DNA of 64,000 nucleotides from Pseudomonas aeruginosa PAO1 (lineage in GTDB: Bacteria > Pseudomonadota > Gammaproteobacteria > Pseudomonadales > Pseudomonadaceae), in assembly GCF_000006765.1 (NCBI RefSeq), contig NC_002516.2; one strand, 5' to 3'. A model generated the notes under the pieces. The model saw only the letters and a program-made list of their open reading frames with translations. It did no database searches and was not told the origin of the DNA. The number at the start of each line of letters is the position of its first letter. The first letter of the stretch is position 1. The position numbers and the translations under genes are program-made. This document shows, in pieces, positions 41,809 to 50,243 of this stretch.

Positions 41809-42675
41809 ATGACTGCGGTCGCATTTCTCGGCCTGGGCACGATGGGCTACCCGATGGCCGGGCACCTGCAACGAGAGGGCTACGACGTCTGTGTCTACAA
41901 TCGCTCGTCGGCCAAGGCGCTGCGCTGGGTCGAGGAGTACGCCGGACGGCGCGCCGATACGCCGCGCGAGGCCTGTGCTGGCGCCGAGCTGGTGTTCTGT
42001 TGCGTCGGTAACGACGACGACCTGCGTGCCGTGGCGCTGGGCGAGCAGGGCGCCTTCGCCGGAATGGCGCCGGGCAGCCTGTTCGTCGACCACACCACCG
42101 CTTCGGCGGAAGTCGCCCGCGAGCTGTCGCTGCTGGCTGCCGAGCGTGAGCTGGGCTTTCTCGACGCGCCGGTCTCCGGCGGCCAGGCAGGCGCGGTCAA
42201 CGGCGCCCTGACGGTGATGGTCGGTGGCGAGGAGGCCTTCTATCGACGCGCCGAACCGCTGTTGCGCAGCTATGCGCGGATGGTCCGGCGAATGGGCGAC
42301 GTGGGTAGCGGGCAATTGACCAAGATGGTCAACCAGATCTGCGTCGCGGGGCTGCTCCAGGGCCTGGCCGAGGCGCTGCACTTCGCCCGGTGCGCCGGTC
42401 TCGATGGCGAGGCGGCGATGCAGGTGATCGGCAAGGGCGCGGCCCAGTCCTGGCAACTGGAAAACCGCCACCAGAGCATGCTGGCCGGAGAGTTCGACTT
42501 CGGCTTCGCCGTGGACTGGATGCGCAAGGACCTGTCGATCCTGCTCGCCGAGGCGCGGCGCAACGGCGCGCAGTTGCCGGTCACGGCGCTGGTCGACCAG
42601 TTCTACGCCGAAGTGCAGGCGATGGGCGGCGGTCGTTGGGATACCTCCAGCCTGATCGCCCGGCTGCGTTCGTGA
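41809..42675 (+). CDS. 3-hydroxyisobutyrate dehydrogenase / beta-hydroxyacid dehydrogenase family
   Basis: FLGLGTMG, DAPVSGG and GSGQLTKMVNQ. Confidence 0.9.
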   Translation: MTAVAFLGLGTMGYPMAGHLQREGYDVCVYNRSSAKALRWVEEYAGRRADTPREACAGAELVFCCVGNDDDLRAVALGEQGAFAGMAPGSLFVDHTTASAEVARELSLLAAERELGFLDAPVSGGQAGAVNGALTVMVGGEEAFYRRAEPLLRSYARMVRRMGDVGSGQLTKMVNQICVAGLLQGLAEALHFARCAGLDGEAAMQVIGKGAAQSWQLENRHQSMLAGEFDFGFAVDWMRKDLSILLAEARRNGAQLPVTALVDQFYAEVQAMGGGRWDTSSLIARLRS

Positions 42676-42681
42676 CGCAGC

Positions 42682-43023
42682 TCAGGCGCGGAAGATGAAG
42701 TACACCGCGCCGAGCAGGCACAGGCCGGCCCAGAGGTAGTCCAGTTTCAGCGGCTGCTGCATGAAGTAGACGCTGAACGGGACGAAGATCGCCAAGGTGA
42801 TGACTTCCTGCATGATCTTCAGTTGGCCGACCGAGAGTTCGGTGTAGCCGATGCGGTTGGCCGGTACCTGCAGCAGGTATTCGAACAGCGCGATACCCCA
42901 ACTGATCAGGGCGGCGATGATCCAGGGCTTGCTGTTGAGAGTCTTCAGATGACCATACCAGGCGAAGGTCATGAACAGGTTGGAACAGGCTAGCAACAAG
43001 GCGGTTTGCAGCCAGACGGGCAT
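42682..43023 (-). CDS. Small DMT-family membrane protein (DUF486-like)
   Basis: SNLFMTFAWYGHLK, FEYLLQVPANRIG and QLKIMQEVITL; 113 aa. Confidence 0.8.
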   Translation of the reverse strand: MPVWLQTALLLACSNLFMTFAWYGHLKTLNSKPWIIAALISWGIALFEYLLQVPANRIGYTELSVGQLKIMQEVITLAIFVPFSVYFMQQPLKLDYLWAGLCLLGAVYFIFRA

Positions 43024-43129
43024 GATGGGTGGGCTCCGGGGGATTGGGACGGCGCCGCAGCCTAATTGGCTGCGGCGATAAATCCAAGTGGGCAGGCATC
43101 GACCGGTAGGGGCTGGTGCTCGGAAAAGG

Positions 43130-43894
43130 ATGAAAGGTATGCGGTTGCACAAACGCTCGCTGGTCTGGGGGCTCGCCTTGAGCGGGCTGGCCGTCGTGCT
43201 GGCGGCCGCCTGGTGGGCGAGCCAGGCGTCGCGGGAGCCGGCTCTGTGGAGCGAGCTGCGGGTGCCGCCGGCGTTTGCCATCCCGCGCGATTTCGACCTG
43301 GGCGAACACCGCTTGAGCTGGGGCGGCAAGAGCCTCGCCCTGTCAGTGGCGGGTAGCGCTCGGCCGCCGTTGTGGGAGAGCGAGGGCGGTTTTCTCGGGG
43401 CCGGGCGGGAAAGCGCCGGTCGCCTGCAGTTGCGCTGCCAGGAGCAGAGCCTGGAGAGCTTCGAACTGGTCGGTCGACGCTTGTCCCTGAAGGGGCACCT
43501 GCGCTGCGCCGATGGCCGGCTCAGCGCCTACGAGCTGTCGTTCGAGCCGCGCCAGGGCGGCATGGAGGTGCGCGTCGCGCTGGCGGACAGCGAGCTGAAC
43601 CGGGTCGCCCTGTCCTGGCGGCGTGGAGCGGGGGAGCGCTTGTCCGGTATCGTCGATGACGAGGTGGAAGGTCGCTCCTGGGTCTTGCCGGCCGGGGTCG
43701 CCGGCTACTGGAGTTCCGCTGGCAACGCCTTCCTCGGCCACTCGACGGCGGCGCAATCCCTCGACCTGCGCGAGCCGGGCCGCGTGCAATGGCGGGCAGC
43801 GACGGAGTCGGCCAGGGCCTGGCTGTTCGCTGCCGGCAACCGCGAGCAGTGGCAGCTTCGCAGCGCGCGTCTCGAGGCGGAAACGCGCCGCTGA
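43130..43894 (+). CDS. Hypothetical membrane-anchored protein
   Basis: N-terminal hydrophobic anchor LVWGLALSGLAVVLAAAWW; beta-rich remainder; start 43130 or 43139. Confidence 0.65.
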   Translation: MKGMRLHKRSLVWGLALSGLAVVLAAAWWASQASREPALWSELRVPPAFAIPRDFDLGEHRLSWGGKSLALSVAGSARPPLWESEGGFLGAGRESAGRLQLRCQEQSLESFELVGRRLSLKGHLRCADGRLSAYELSFEPRQGGMEVRVALADSELNRVALSWRRGAGERLSGIVDDEVEGRSWVLPAGVAGYWSSAGNAFLGHSTAAQSLDLREPGRVQWRAATESARAWLFAAGNREQWQLRSARLEAETRR

Positions 43895-43997
43895 TCCGCC
43901 GGGCTTGGCGGCGGCCTGGCCGGTCCGTATTCTTTGCGCCCGTTTCGGACGGCTGTCCTGGCCGCTCCTCTGCCAACTTTCGGGCGAGATCCTTCCC

Positions 43998-44252
43998 ATG
44001 CAATGTAGAGCCGGCTGCGGCGCCTGCTGCATAGCACCGTCGATTTCCTCTCCGCTGCCGGGCATGCCGGCCGGCAAGCCCGCGGGCGTACGCTGCCTGC
44101 ACCTGGACGAAAATCATCTCTGCGGGCTGTTCGGCCGACCGGAGCGACCGGCCGTATGCGGCCAGTTCGGCGCCGATCCGGAAATCTGCGGCGACAGCCG
44201 TGAGCAGGCGCTGGCCCTGATCGCGGAGTGGGAAGTCATCACTGCCGCTTGA
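43998..44252 (+). CDS. YkgJ-family cysteine cluster protein
   Basis: MQCRAGCGACC...C...RPAVC; 84 aa. Confidence 0.85.
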   Translation: MQCRAGCGACCIAPSISSPLPGMPAGKPAGVRCLHLDENHLCGLFGRPERPAVCGQFGADPEICGDSREQALALIAEWEVITAA

Positions 44253-44385
44253 ACGGGTTGGAAGTCTGGCTGTCTCACGCCATACTGCTGCGCATCCTGC
44301 GCCGAAGGCTCAGGATCGCGGCTTGCAGGGCGTCGACCGCCCGGCCGGCGAACCGAAAATAACCATAAAGAGAGGAACAGGAACG

Positions 44386-44994
44386 ATGCGTGGCATTTTG
44401 CGTATGACCGTGCTGGCTGCCGCAGTGTTCGGGGTGGCCGGCAATGCGCTGGCCGAAGACTGGAAGCTGGCCAAGGACGAGGATGGCGTGAAGGTCTACC
44501 TCAGCAGTGTCCAGGGCTCCAAGTACAAGGCTTATCGCGGCGTTACCGACATCAAGGCCGACGTGGCGACCATCGAGGCGCTGCAGGAGGACGTCAAGGG
44601 TTCCTGCAAGTGGATCCATGCCTGCGCCGAGATGAAACTCCTGAAGCAGGAAGGCGCCGACGCCTGGACCTACTCGAAGATCGACATGCCCTGGCCAGTT
44701 ACCGGTCGCGACGTGGTCATCCATGTCACCACCGAGAAGACTGCGGATGGCACCGTGATCCGTCACCTTAAGGCCGATCCGACCTATATCCCCGAGGAAA
44801 AGGGCCAGATCCGCGTGCCCAAGCTGGTCGGCGAGTGGAAGTTGCAGCCGAAGGGGCAGGGCGTGACGGAAGTGACCTACCAGGTGGAAACCGAGCCGGG
44901 TGGCAGCATTCCTTCCTGGTTGGCCAACAGCTTCGTGGTCGACGCGCCGCTGAACACCCTCAAGGGCCTGCGTAGCGCTGCCGAGAAGCGCTGA
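44386..44994 (+). CDS. Exported START-domain lipid-binding protein
   Basis: Signal peptide, WKLAKDEDGVKVY, PWPVTGRD and PGGSIPSWLAN. Confidence 0.85.
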   Translation: MRGILRMTVLAAAVFGVAGNALAEDWKLAKDEDGVKVYLSSVQGSKYKAYRGVTDIKADVATIEALQEDVKGSCKWIHACAEMKLLKQEGADAWTYSKIDMPWPVTGRDVVIHVTTEKTADGTVIRHLKADPTYIPEEKGQIRVPKLVGEWKLQPKGQGVTEVTYQVETEPGGSIPSWLANSFVVDAPLNTLKGLRSAAEKR

Positions 44995-45010
44995 GCGCGC
45001 CTTCCCTGCA

Positions 45011-45038
45011 AAAAGACCGCCTCCGGGGCGGTTTTTTT
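45011..45038 (+). terminator. Terminator after the START-domain gene
   Basis: ACCGCC-TCCGG-GGCGGT followed by T run. Confidence 0.8.
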
Positions 45039-45063
45039 GTGTCCGGCGGAAAGGGGCGGGCAC

Positions 45064-45089
45064 AAAAAAGGCTGCCGAAGCAGCCTTTC
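45064..45089 (-). terminator. Terminator after gltA
   Basis: AAAAGGCTGC-CGAA-GCAGCCTTTT, with an A run on the left. Confidence 0.85.
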
Positions 45090-45108
45090 TCGCCGGACGT
45101 GACGGGTT

Positions 45109-46395
45109 TCAGCCGCGATCCTTGAGGGCGGTGAAGTCGCGCTGGGTGTGGCCGGTATAGAGCTGGCGCGGGCGGCCGATCTTGTAGGGGCCGGAGAGCA
45201 TTTCCTGCCAGTGCGAGATCCAGCCGACGGTACGCGCCAGGGCGAAGATCACGGTGAACATGCTGGTCGGAATGCCGATCGCCTTGAGGATGATCCCCGA
45301 GTAGAAGTCGACGTTCGGGTACAGGTTGCGTTCCACGAAGTAGGGGTCGTGGCGGGCGATTTCTTCTAGCTTCATCGCCAGTTCCAGTTGCGGGTCGTTG
45401 ATGCCCAGCTCCTGGAGGACCTCGTCGCAGGTCTGCTTCATGACCTTGGCGCGCGGGTCGAAGTTCTTGTAGACACGATGGCCGAAGCCCATCAGCTTGA
45501 ACGGATCGTTCTTGTCCTTGGCCTTCTCGACGAACTTGTCGATGTTGGACACGTCGCCGATCTCGTCGAGCATGCGCAGCACCGCTTCGTTCGCGCCGCC
45601 ATGGGCCGGTCCCCACAGGGCGGCGATGCCGGAGGCGATGCAGGCGAACGGATTGGCGCCGGAGGAGCCGGCCAGACGCACCGTGGAGGTGGAGGCGTTC
45701 TGCTCGTGGTCGGCGTGGAGAATGAAGATGCGGTCCATGGCCTTGGCCAGCACGGGGCTGATCGGCTTGGTCTCGCAGGGGGTGTTGAACATCATGTGCA
45801 GGAAGTTTTCCGCGTAGTTCAGGTCGTTACGCGGATACATCATCGGCTCGCCCTTGGAGTACTTGTACACCATGGCGGCGATGGTCGGCATCTTGGCGAT
45901 CAGGCGATGCGCGGAGACTTCGCGATGCTTCGGGTTATTGATGTCCAGGGAGTCGTGGTAGAAGGCCGAGAGGGCGCCGATCACGCCGCACATCACGGCC
46001 ATCGGGTGGGCGTCGCGGCGGAAGCCGTTGAAGAAGGTCTTCAACTGCTCGTGAACCATGGTGTGGTTCTTGATGGTGCCGACGAACTGTTCCTTCTGCG
46101 CGGCGGTGGGCAGCTCGCCGTTCAGCAGCAGGTAGCAGGTTTCCAGGTAGTCGGATTTCTCTGCCAGTTGCTCGATGGGGTAGCCGCGATGGAGGAGGAC
46201 GCCTTTGTCGCCGTCGATATAGGTGATCTTCGACTCGCAGGAGGCGGTCGACATGAAGCCAGGATCGAAGGTGAAGTGGCCCGTGGCGGTGAGGCCCCGT
46301 ACATCCACTACATCGGGACCCATGGTACCGGATAGGACGGGCAGTTCGACGGGGGCTGAGCCCTCGATGATCAACTGCGCTTTTTTGTCAGCCAT
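45109..46395 (-). CDS. gltA: Citrate synthase (type II)
   Basis: [25 protein letters not shown] and PNVDFYSG. Confidence 0.98.
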   Translation of the reverse strand: MADKKAQLIIEGSAPVELPVLSGTMGPDVVDVRGLTATGHFTFDPGFMSTASCESKITYIDGDKGVLLHRGYPIEQLAEKSDYLETCYLLLNGELPTAAQKEQFVGTIKNHTMVHEQLKTFFNGFRRDAHPMAVMCGVIGALSAFYHDSLDINNPKHREVSAHRLIAKMPTIAAMVYKYSKGEPMMYPRNDLNYAENFLHMMFNTPCETKPISPVLAKAMDRIFILHADHEQNASTSTVRLAGSSGANPFACIASGIAALWGPAHGGANEAVLRMLDEIGDVSNIDKFVEKAKDKNDPFKLMGFGHRVYKNFDPRAKVMKQTCDEVLQELGINDPQLELAMKLEEIARHDPYFVERNLYPNVDFYSGIILKAIGIPTSMFTVIFALARTVGWISHWQEMLSGPYKIGRPRQLYTGHTQRDFTALKDRG

Positions 46396-46743
46396 GATGG
46401 CCTCCTATTTATGCTTGAAATCATCAGTACCCCCCACGCAGGGCCCGCACCACTATAGAGGGATAAATTCGAAAGTCAATTTGCGCGAATCCATGCCGTA
46501 GAGCCTTCCGTGGCGGGGTTTTCGCAGAAAAAGGGGGCTATTTACGCCTTTTATAAAAGGCCCGCAATCAACCATTTGGCGATGGGTGTTTTCGTTGTCA
46601 TTAGTAGCCTAACTGTCTATACTCGGCGTCCGACCGCAAGGGGTATTCCTGGCCCGCTTTCATAGACGGTCGCCACTCCCTGGTGATGGGTACCTGACAA
46701 GTGCACTTCCCGACAACTAGCCCTGTTCGTTAGGGCTCTCAGT

Positions 46744-47130
46744 GTGAAAAAAGCCGTGAATAGCAAACGACCTGTAAACCTAGACCTAAGGACCATCAAA
46801 CTCCCTGTCACCGCTTACACGTCCATTCTCCACCGTATCTCTGGCGTCATCCTGTTCCTCGGTATTGCCGTGCTGCTGTTCGCGCTCGACAAGTCGCTGA
46901 GTTCGGAAGAAGGCTTCGAGCAGGTGAAGGCGTGCCTGACCAGTCCCCTGGCCAAGCTGGTGATCTGGGGCCTGCTGTCTGCGCTGCTGTACCACCTGGT
47001 GGCCGGTGTTCGCCACCTGGTCATGGACGCTGGCGTCGGCGAGACGCTGGAAGGCGGTAAGCGTGGCTCCAAAATCGTCATCGCCATCGCGGTGGTGCTG
47101 ATCGTTCTGGCGGGGGTATGGGTATGGTAA
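46744..47130 (+). CDS. sdhC: Succinate dehydrogenase cytochrome b556 subunit
   Basis: RPVNLDL, SILHRISG and HLVAGVRHL; GTG start. Confidence 0.95.
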   Translation: MKKAVNSKRPVNLDLRTIKLPVTAYTSILHRISGVILFLGIAVLLFALDKSLSSEEGFEQVKACLTSPLAKLVIWGLLSALLYHLVAGVRHLVMDAGVGETLEGGKRGSKIVIAIAVVLIVLAGVWVW

Positions 47131-47492
47131 CTAACGTCACAAACTTCTCGCGCTCCGGCCTCTACGACTGGATGGCCCAGCGCGTTTCCGCGGTCGTTCT
47201 CGCGGCTTATGTCATTTTCCTGCTGGGCTACCTCATTGCTCACCCCAACATTTCCTACGCGGACTGGCACGGCCTGTTCTCGCAGGGTTGGATGCGCATC
47301 TTCAGCCTGTTGACCCTGGTTGCCCTGAGCGTCCATGCGTGGGTCGGTATGTGGACCATCTCCACCGACTACCTGACTTCGATGGCTCTCGGCAAGGCGG
47401 CGACAGTCGTGCGTTTCCTCTTCCAGGCGGTTTGCGGCATGGCGATGTTCGCATTCTTCGTCTGGGGTGTGCAGATTCTTTGGGGTATGTGA
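47124..47492 (+). CDS. sdhD: Succinate dehydrogenase membrane anchor
   Basis: GLYDWMAQRVSA and HAWVGMWTISTDY. Confidence 0.95.
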   Translation: MVTNVTNFSRSGLYDWMAQRVSAVVLAAYVIFLLGYLIAHPNISYADWHGLFSQGWMRIFSLLTLVALSVHAWVGMWTISTDYLTSMALGKAATVVRFLFQAVCGMAMFAFFVWGVQILWGM

Positions 47493-47495
47493 TCC

Positions 47496-49268
47496 ATGGC
47501 TAGCATTCGTACACTTTCCTTTGACGCCATCATCGTCGGTGGCGGTGGCGCCGGCATGCGTGCCGCGCTGCAACTGGCCCAGGGCGGCCACAAGACCGCC
47601 GTGGTGACCAAGGTCTTCCCGACCCGTTCCCACACCGTATCCGCACAGGGTGGCATCACCTGCGCGATCGCTTCGGCCGACCCGAACGACGATTGGCGTT
47701 GGCACATGTACGACACCGTCAAGGGTTCCGACTACATCGGTGACCAGGACGCGATCGAATACATGTGTTCCGTCGGTCCCGAGGCCGTGTTCGAGCTCGA
47801 GCACATGGGCCTGCCGTTCTCCCGTACCGAAACCGGCCGCATCTACCAGCGTCCGTTCGGCGGCCAGTCCAAGGACTTCGGCAAGGGTGGCCAGGCCGCC
47901 CGTACCTGCGCCGCCGCCGACCGTACCGGCCACGCGCTGCTGCACACCCTGTACCAGGCCAACCTGAAGAATGGCACCTCGTTCCTCAACGAGTGGTACG
48001 CGGTCGACCTGGTGAAGAACCAGGACGGCGCGGTGGTCGGCATCATCGCCATCTGCATCGAGACCGGCGAGACCGTCTACATCCGTTCCAAGGCCGTGGT
48101 CCTGGCCACTGGTGGTGCCGGCCGTATCTACGCCTCCACCACCAACGCGCTGATCAACACCGGTGACGGCGTGGGCATGGCCCTGCGTGCCGGCGTGCCG
48201 GTGCAGGACATCGAGATGTGGCAGTTCCACCCGACCGGCATCGCCGGCGCCGGTGTACTGGTCACCGAAGGTTGCCGCGGCGAAGGCGGTTACCTGATCA
48301 ACGCCCACGGCGAGCGCTTCATGGAGCGTTATGCGCCGAACGCGAAGGACCTGGCCGGTCGCGACGTGGTCGCCCGTTCCATGGTCAAGGAAGTTCTGGC
48401 CGGCAACGGCGTGGGTCCGAACAAGGACCACGTGCTGCTGAAACTCGACCACCTCGGCGAGGAAGTCCTGCACAGCCGTCTGCCCGGCATCTGCGAGCTG
48501 TCCAAGACCTTCGCCCACGTCGACCCGGTCGTTGCGCCGATCCCGGTGATCCCGACCTGCCACTACATGATGGGCGGCGTTGCCACCAACATCCATGGCC
48601 AGGCCATCACCCAGGACGCCAACGGCAACGACCAGATCGTCGAAGGCCTGTTCGCCGTGGGCGAAGTGGCCTGCGTATCGGTACACGGCGCCAACCGCCT
48701 GGGCGGCAACTCGCTGCTCGACCTGGTGGTATTCGGCCGTGCCGCCGGTCTGCACCTGGAAAAAGCGCTGAAAGAGGGCATCGACGCCCGCGGCGCTTCC
48801 GAGAGCGACCTGGAAGCCTCCTTCAAGCGCCTGAACGGCGTGAACGAGCGCACCAGCGGCGAAGAAGTCGCTCCGCTCAAGCGCGAGCTGCAAAGCTGCA
48901 TGCAGAACTACTTCGGTGTGTTCCGCACCGGCGAGTACATGCAGAAGGGCATCGCCCAGCTGGCCGACCTGCGCGAGCGTATCGCCAACGTCAAGATCAA
49001 CGACAAGAGCCAGGCATTCAACACCGCGCGCATCGAAGCGCTGGAACTGCAAAACCTCCTCGAGGTGGCCGAGGCCACCGCGATCGCGGCCGAGCACCGC
49101 AAGGAGTCCCGTGGCGCCCACGCCCGTGAAGACTTCGAGGAGCGCGACGACGAGAACTGGCTGTGCCACACCCTGTACTTCCCGGGTGAGAAGCGCGTAT
49201 CCAAGCGTTCCGTCAACTTCGCGCCGAAGACCGTTCCGGCATTCGAACCCAAGGTTCGGACTTACTAA
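47496..49268 (+). CDS. sdhA: Succinate dehydrogenase flavoprotein
   Basis: [16 protein letters not shown] (covalent FAD His), QFHPT and [11 protein letters not shown]. Confidence 0.98.
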   Translation: MASIRTLSFDAIIVGGGGAGMRAALQLAQGGHKTAVVTKVFPTRSHTVSAQGGITCAIASADPNDDWRWHMYDTVKGSDYIGDQDAIEYMCSVGPEAVFELEHMGLPFSRTETGRIYQRPFGGQSKDFGKGGQAARTCAAADRTGHALLHTLYQANLKNGTSFLNEWYAVDLVKNQDGAVVGIIAICIETGETVYIRSKAVVLATGGAGRIYASTTNALINTGDGVGMALRAGVPVQDIEMWQFHPTGIAGAGVLVTEGCRGEGGYLINAHGERFMERYAPNAKDLAGRDVVARSMVKEVLAGNGVGPNKDHVLLKLDHLGEEVLHSRLPGICELSKTFAHVDPVVAPIPVIPTCHYMMGGVATNIHGQAITQDANGNDQIVEGLFAVGEVACVSVHGANRLGGNSLLDLVVFGRAAGLHLEKALKEGIDARGASESDLEASFKRLNGVNERTSGEEVAPLKRELQSCMQNYFGVFRTGEYMQKGIAQLADLRERIANVKINDKSQAFNTARIEALELQNLLEVAEATAIAAEHRKESRGAHAREDFEERDDENWLCHTLYFPGEKRVSKRSVNFAPKTVPAFEPKVRTY

Positions 49269-49279
49269 GGGTGCCCGCC

Positions 49280-49987
49280 ATGTTGCAAGTGAGTGTTTAT
49301 CGTTACAACCCCGACAAAGATGCTGCGCCGTACATGCAGGATTTCCAGGTCGACACCAACGGCAAGGACGTGATGGTCCTCGACGTGCTGGCGCTGATCA
49401 AGGAACAGGACGAGGGCTTCTCCTACCGTCGTTCCTGCCGTGAAGGCGTCTGCGGCTCCGATGGCATGAACATCAACGGCAAGAACGGCCTGGCCTGCAT
49501 CACCCCGCTGTCGGCCGCCGGCCTGAAGGGCGGCAAGCTGGTGATCCGTCCGCTGCCGGGCCTGCCGGTCATTCGTGACCTGGTCGTGGACATGAGCATC
49601 TTCTACAAGCAATACGAGAAGGTGAAGCCGTTCCTGCAGAACGATACGCCGGCCCCGGCCATCGAGCGTCTGCAGACCCCGGAAGAGCGCGAGAAGCTGG
49701 ACGGTCTGTACGAGTGCATCCTGTGCGCCTGCTGCTCGACCTCCTGCCCGTCCTTCTGGTGGAACCCCGACAAGTTCCTCGGTCCGGCCGCACTGCTGCA
49801 AGCCTATCGTTTCCTGGCCGACAGCCGTGACACCAAGACCGAAGAGCGCCTGGCTTCGCTGGACGACCCGTTCAGTGTGTTCCGCTGCCGCGGAATCATG
49901 AACTGCGTGAACGTTTGCCCGAAGGGTCTGAACCCGACCAAGGCGATCGGCCACGTGCGTAATATGCTGCTGCAGAGCGGAACCTGA
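49280..49987 (+). CDS. sdhB: Succinate dehydrogenase iron-sulfur subunit
   Basis: SCREGVCGSD, CILCACCSTSCP and CRGIMNCVNVCP. Confidence 0.98.
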   Translation: MLQVSVYRYNPDKDAAPYMQDFQVDTNGKDVMVLDVLALIKEQDEGFSYRRSCREGVCGSDGMNINGKNGLACITPLSAAGLKGGKLVIRPLPGLPVIRDLVVDMSIFYKQYEKVKPFLQNDTPAPAIERLQTPEEREKLDGLYECILCACCSTSCPSFWWNPDKFLGPAALLQAYRFLADSRDTKTEERLASLDDPFSVFRCRGIMNCVNVCPKGLNPTKAIGHVRNMLLQSGT

Positions 49988-50019
49988 TCCTCTCGCAGTT
50001 GTTATATGAGTTGTACCTA

Positions 50020-50243
50020 GCAACACCTGTGGCGCCGGAGTTCTTCCGGCGTCGCAGCAACTAAGCGGGCCAAGCTCACAAAGCCATGGCCCAGATTTGA
50101 AAAATATGACCAGCAGGGGCATCCGGGCTGGTACCCGGACTATCTGCGGGATCTGTAGTGGCCATACCGATGTCGCTGCCTGAGGACTTCGGAGCCTTCA
50201 AGGTTTCGCCAGGTGGTTGTCCCCTTACCGAGGGTGACCTAGC
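50020..50243 (+). ncRNA. Structured sucA 5' leader (candidate sucA-II motif)
   Basis: Hairpins such as TGTGGCGCCGGAG-TTC-TTCCGGCGTCGCA and TCCGGG-CTGGTA-CCCGGA; a Pseudomonas sucA-II motif is recalled for this position; boundaries approximate. Confidence 0.5.
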
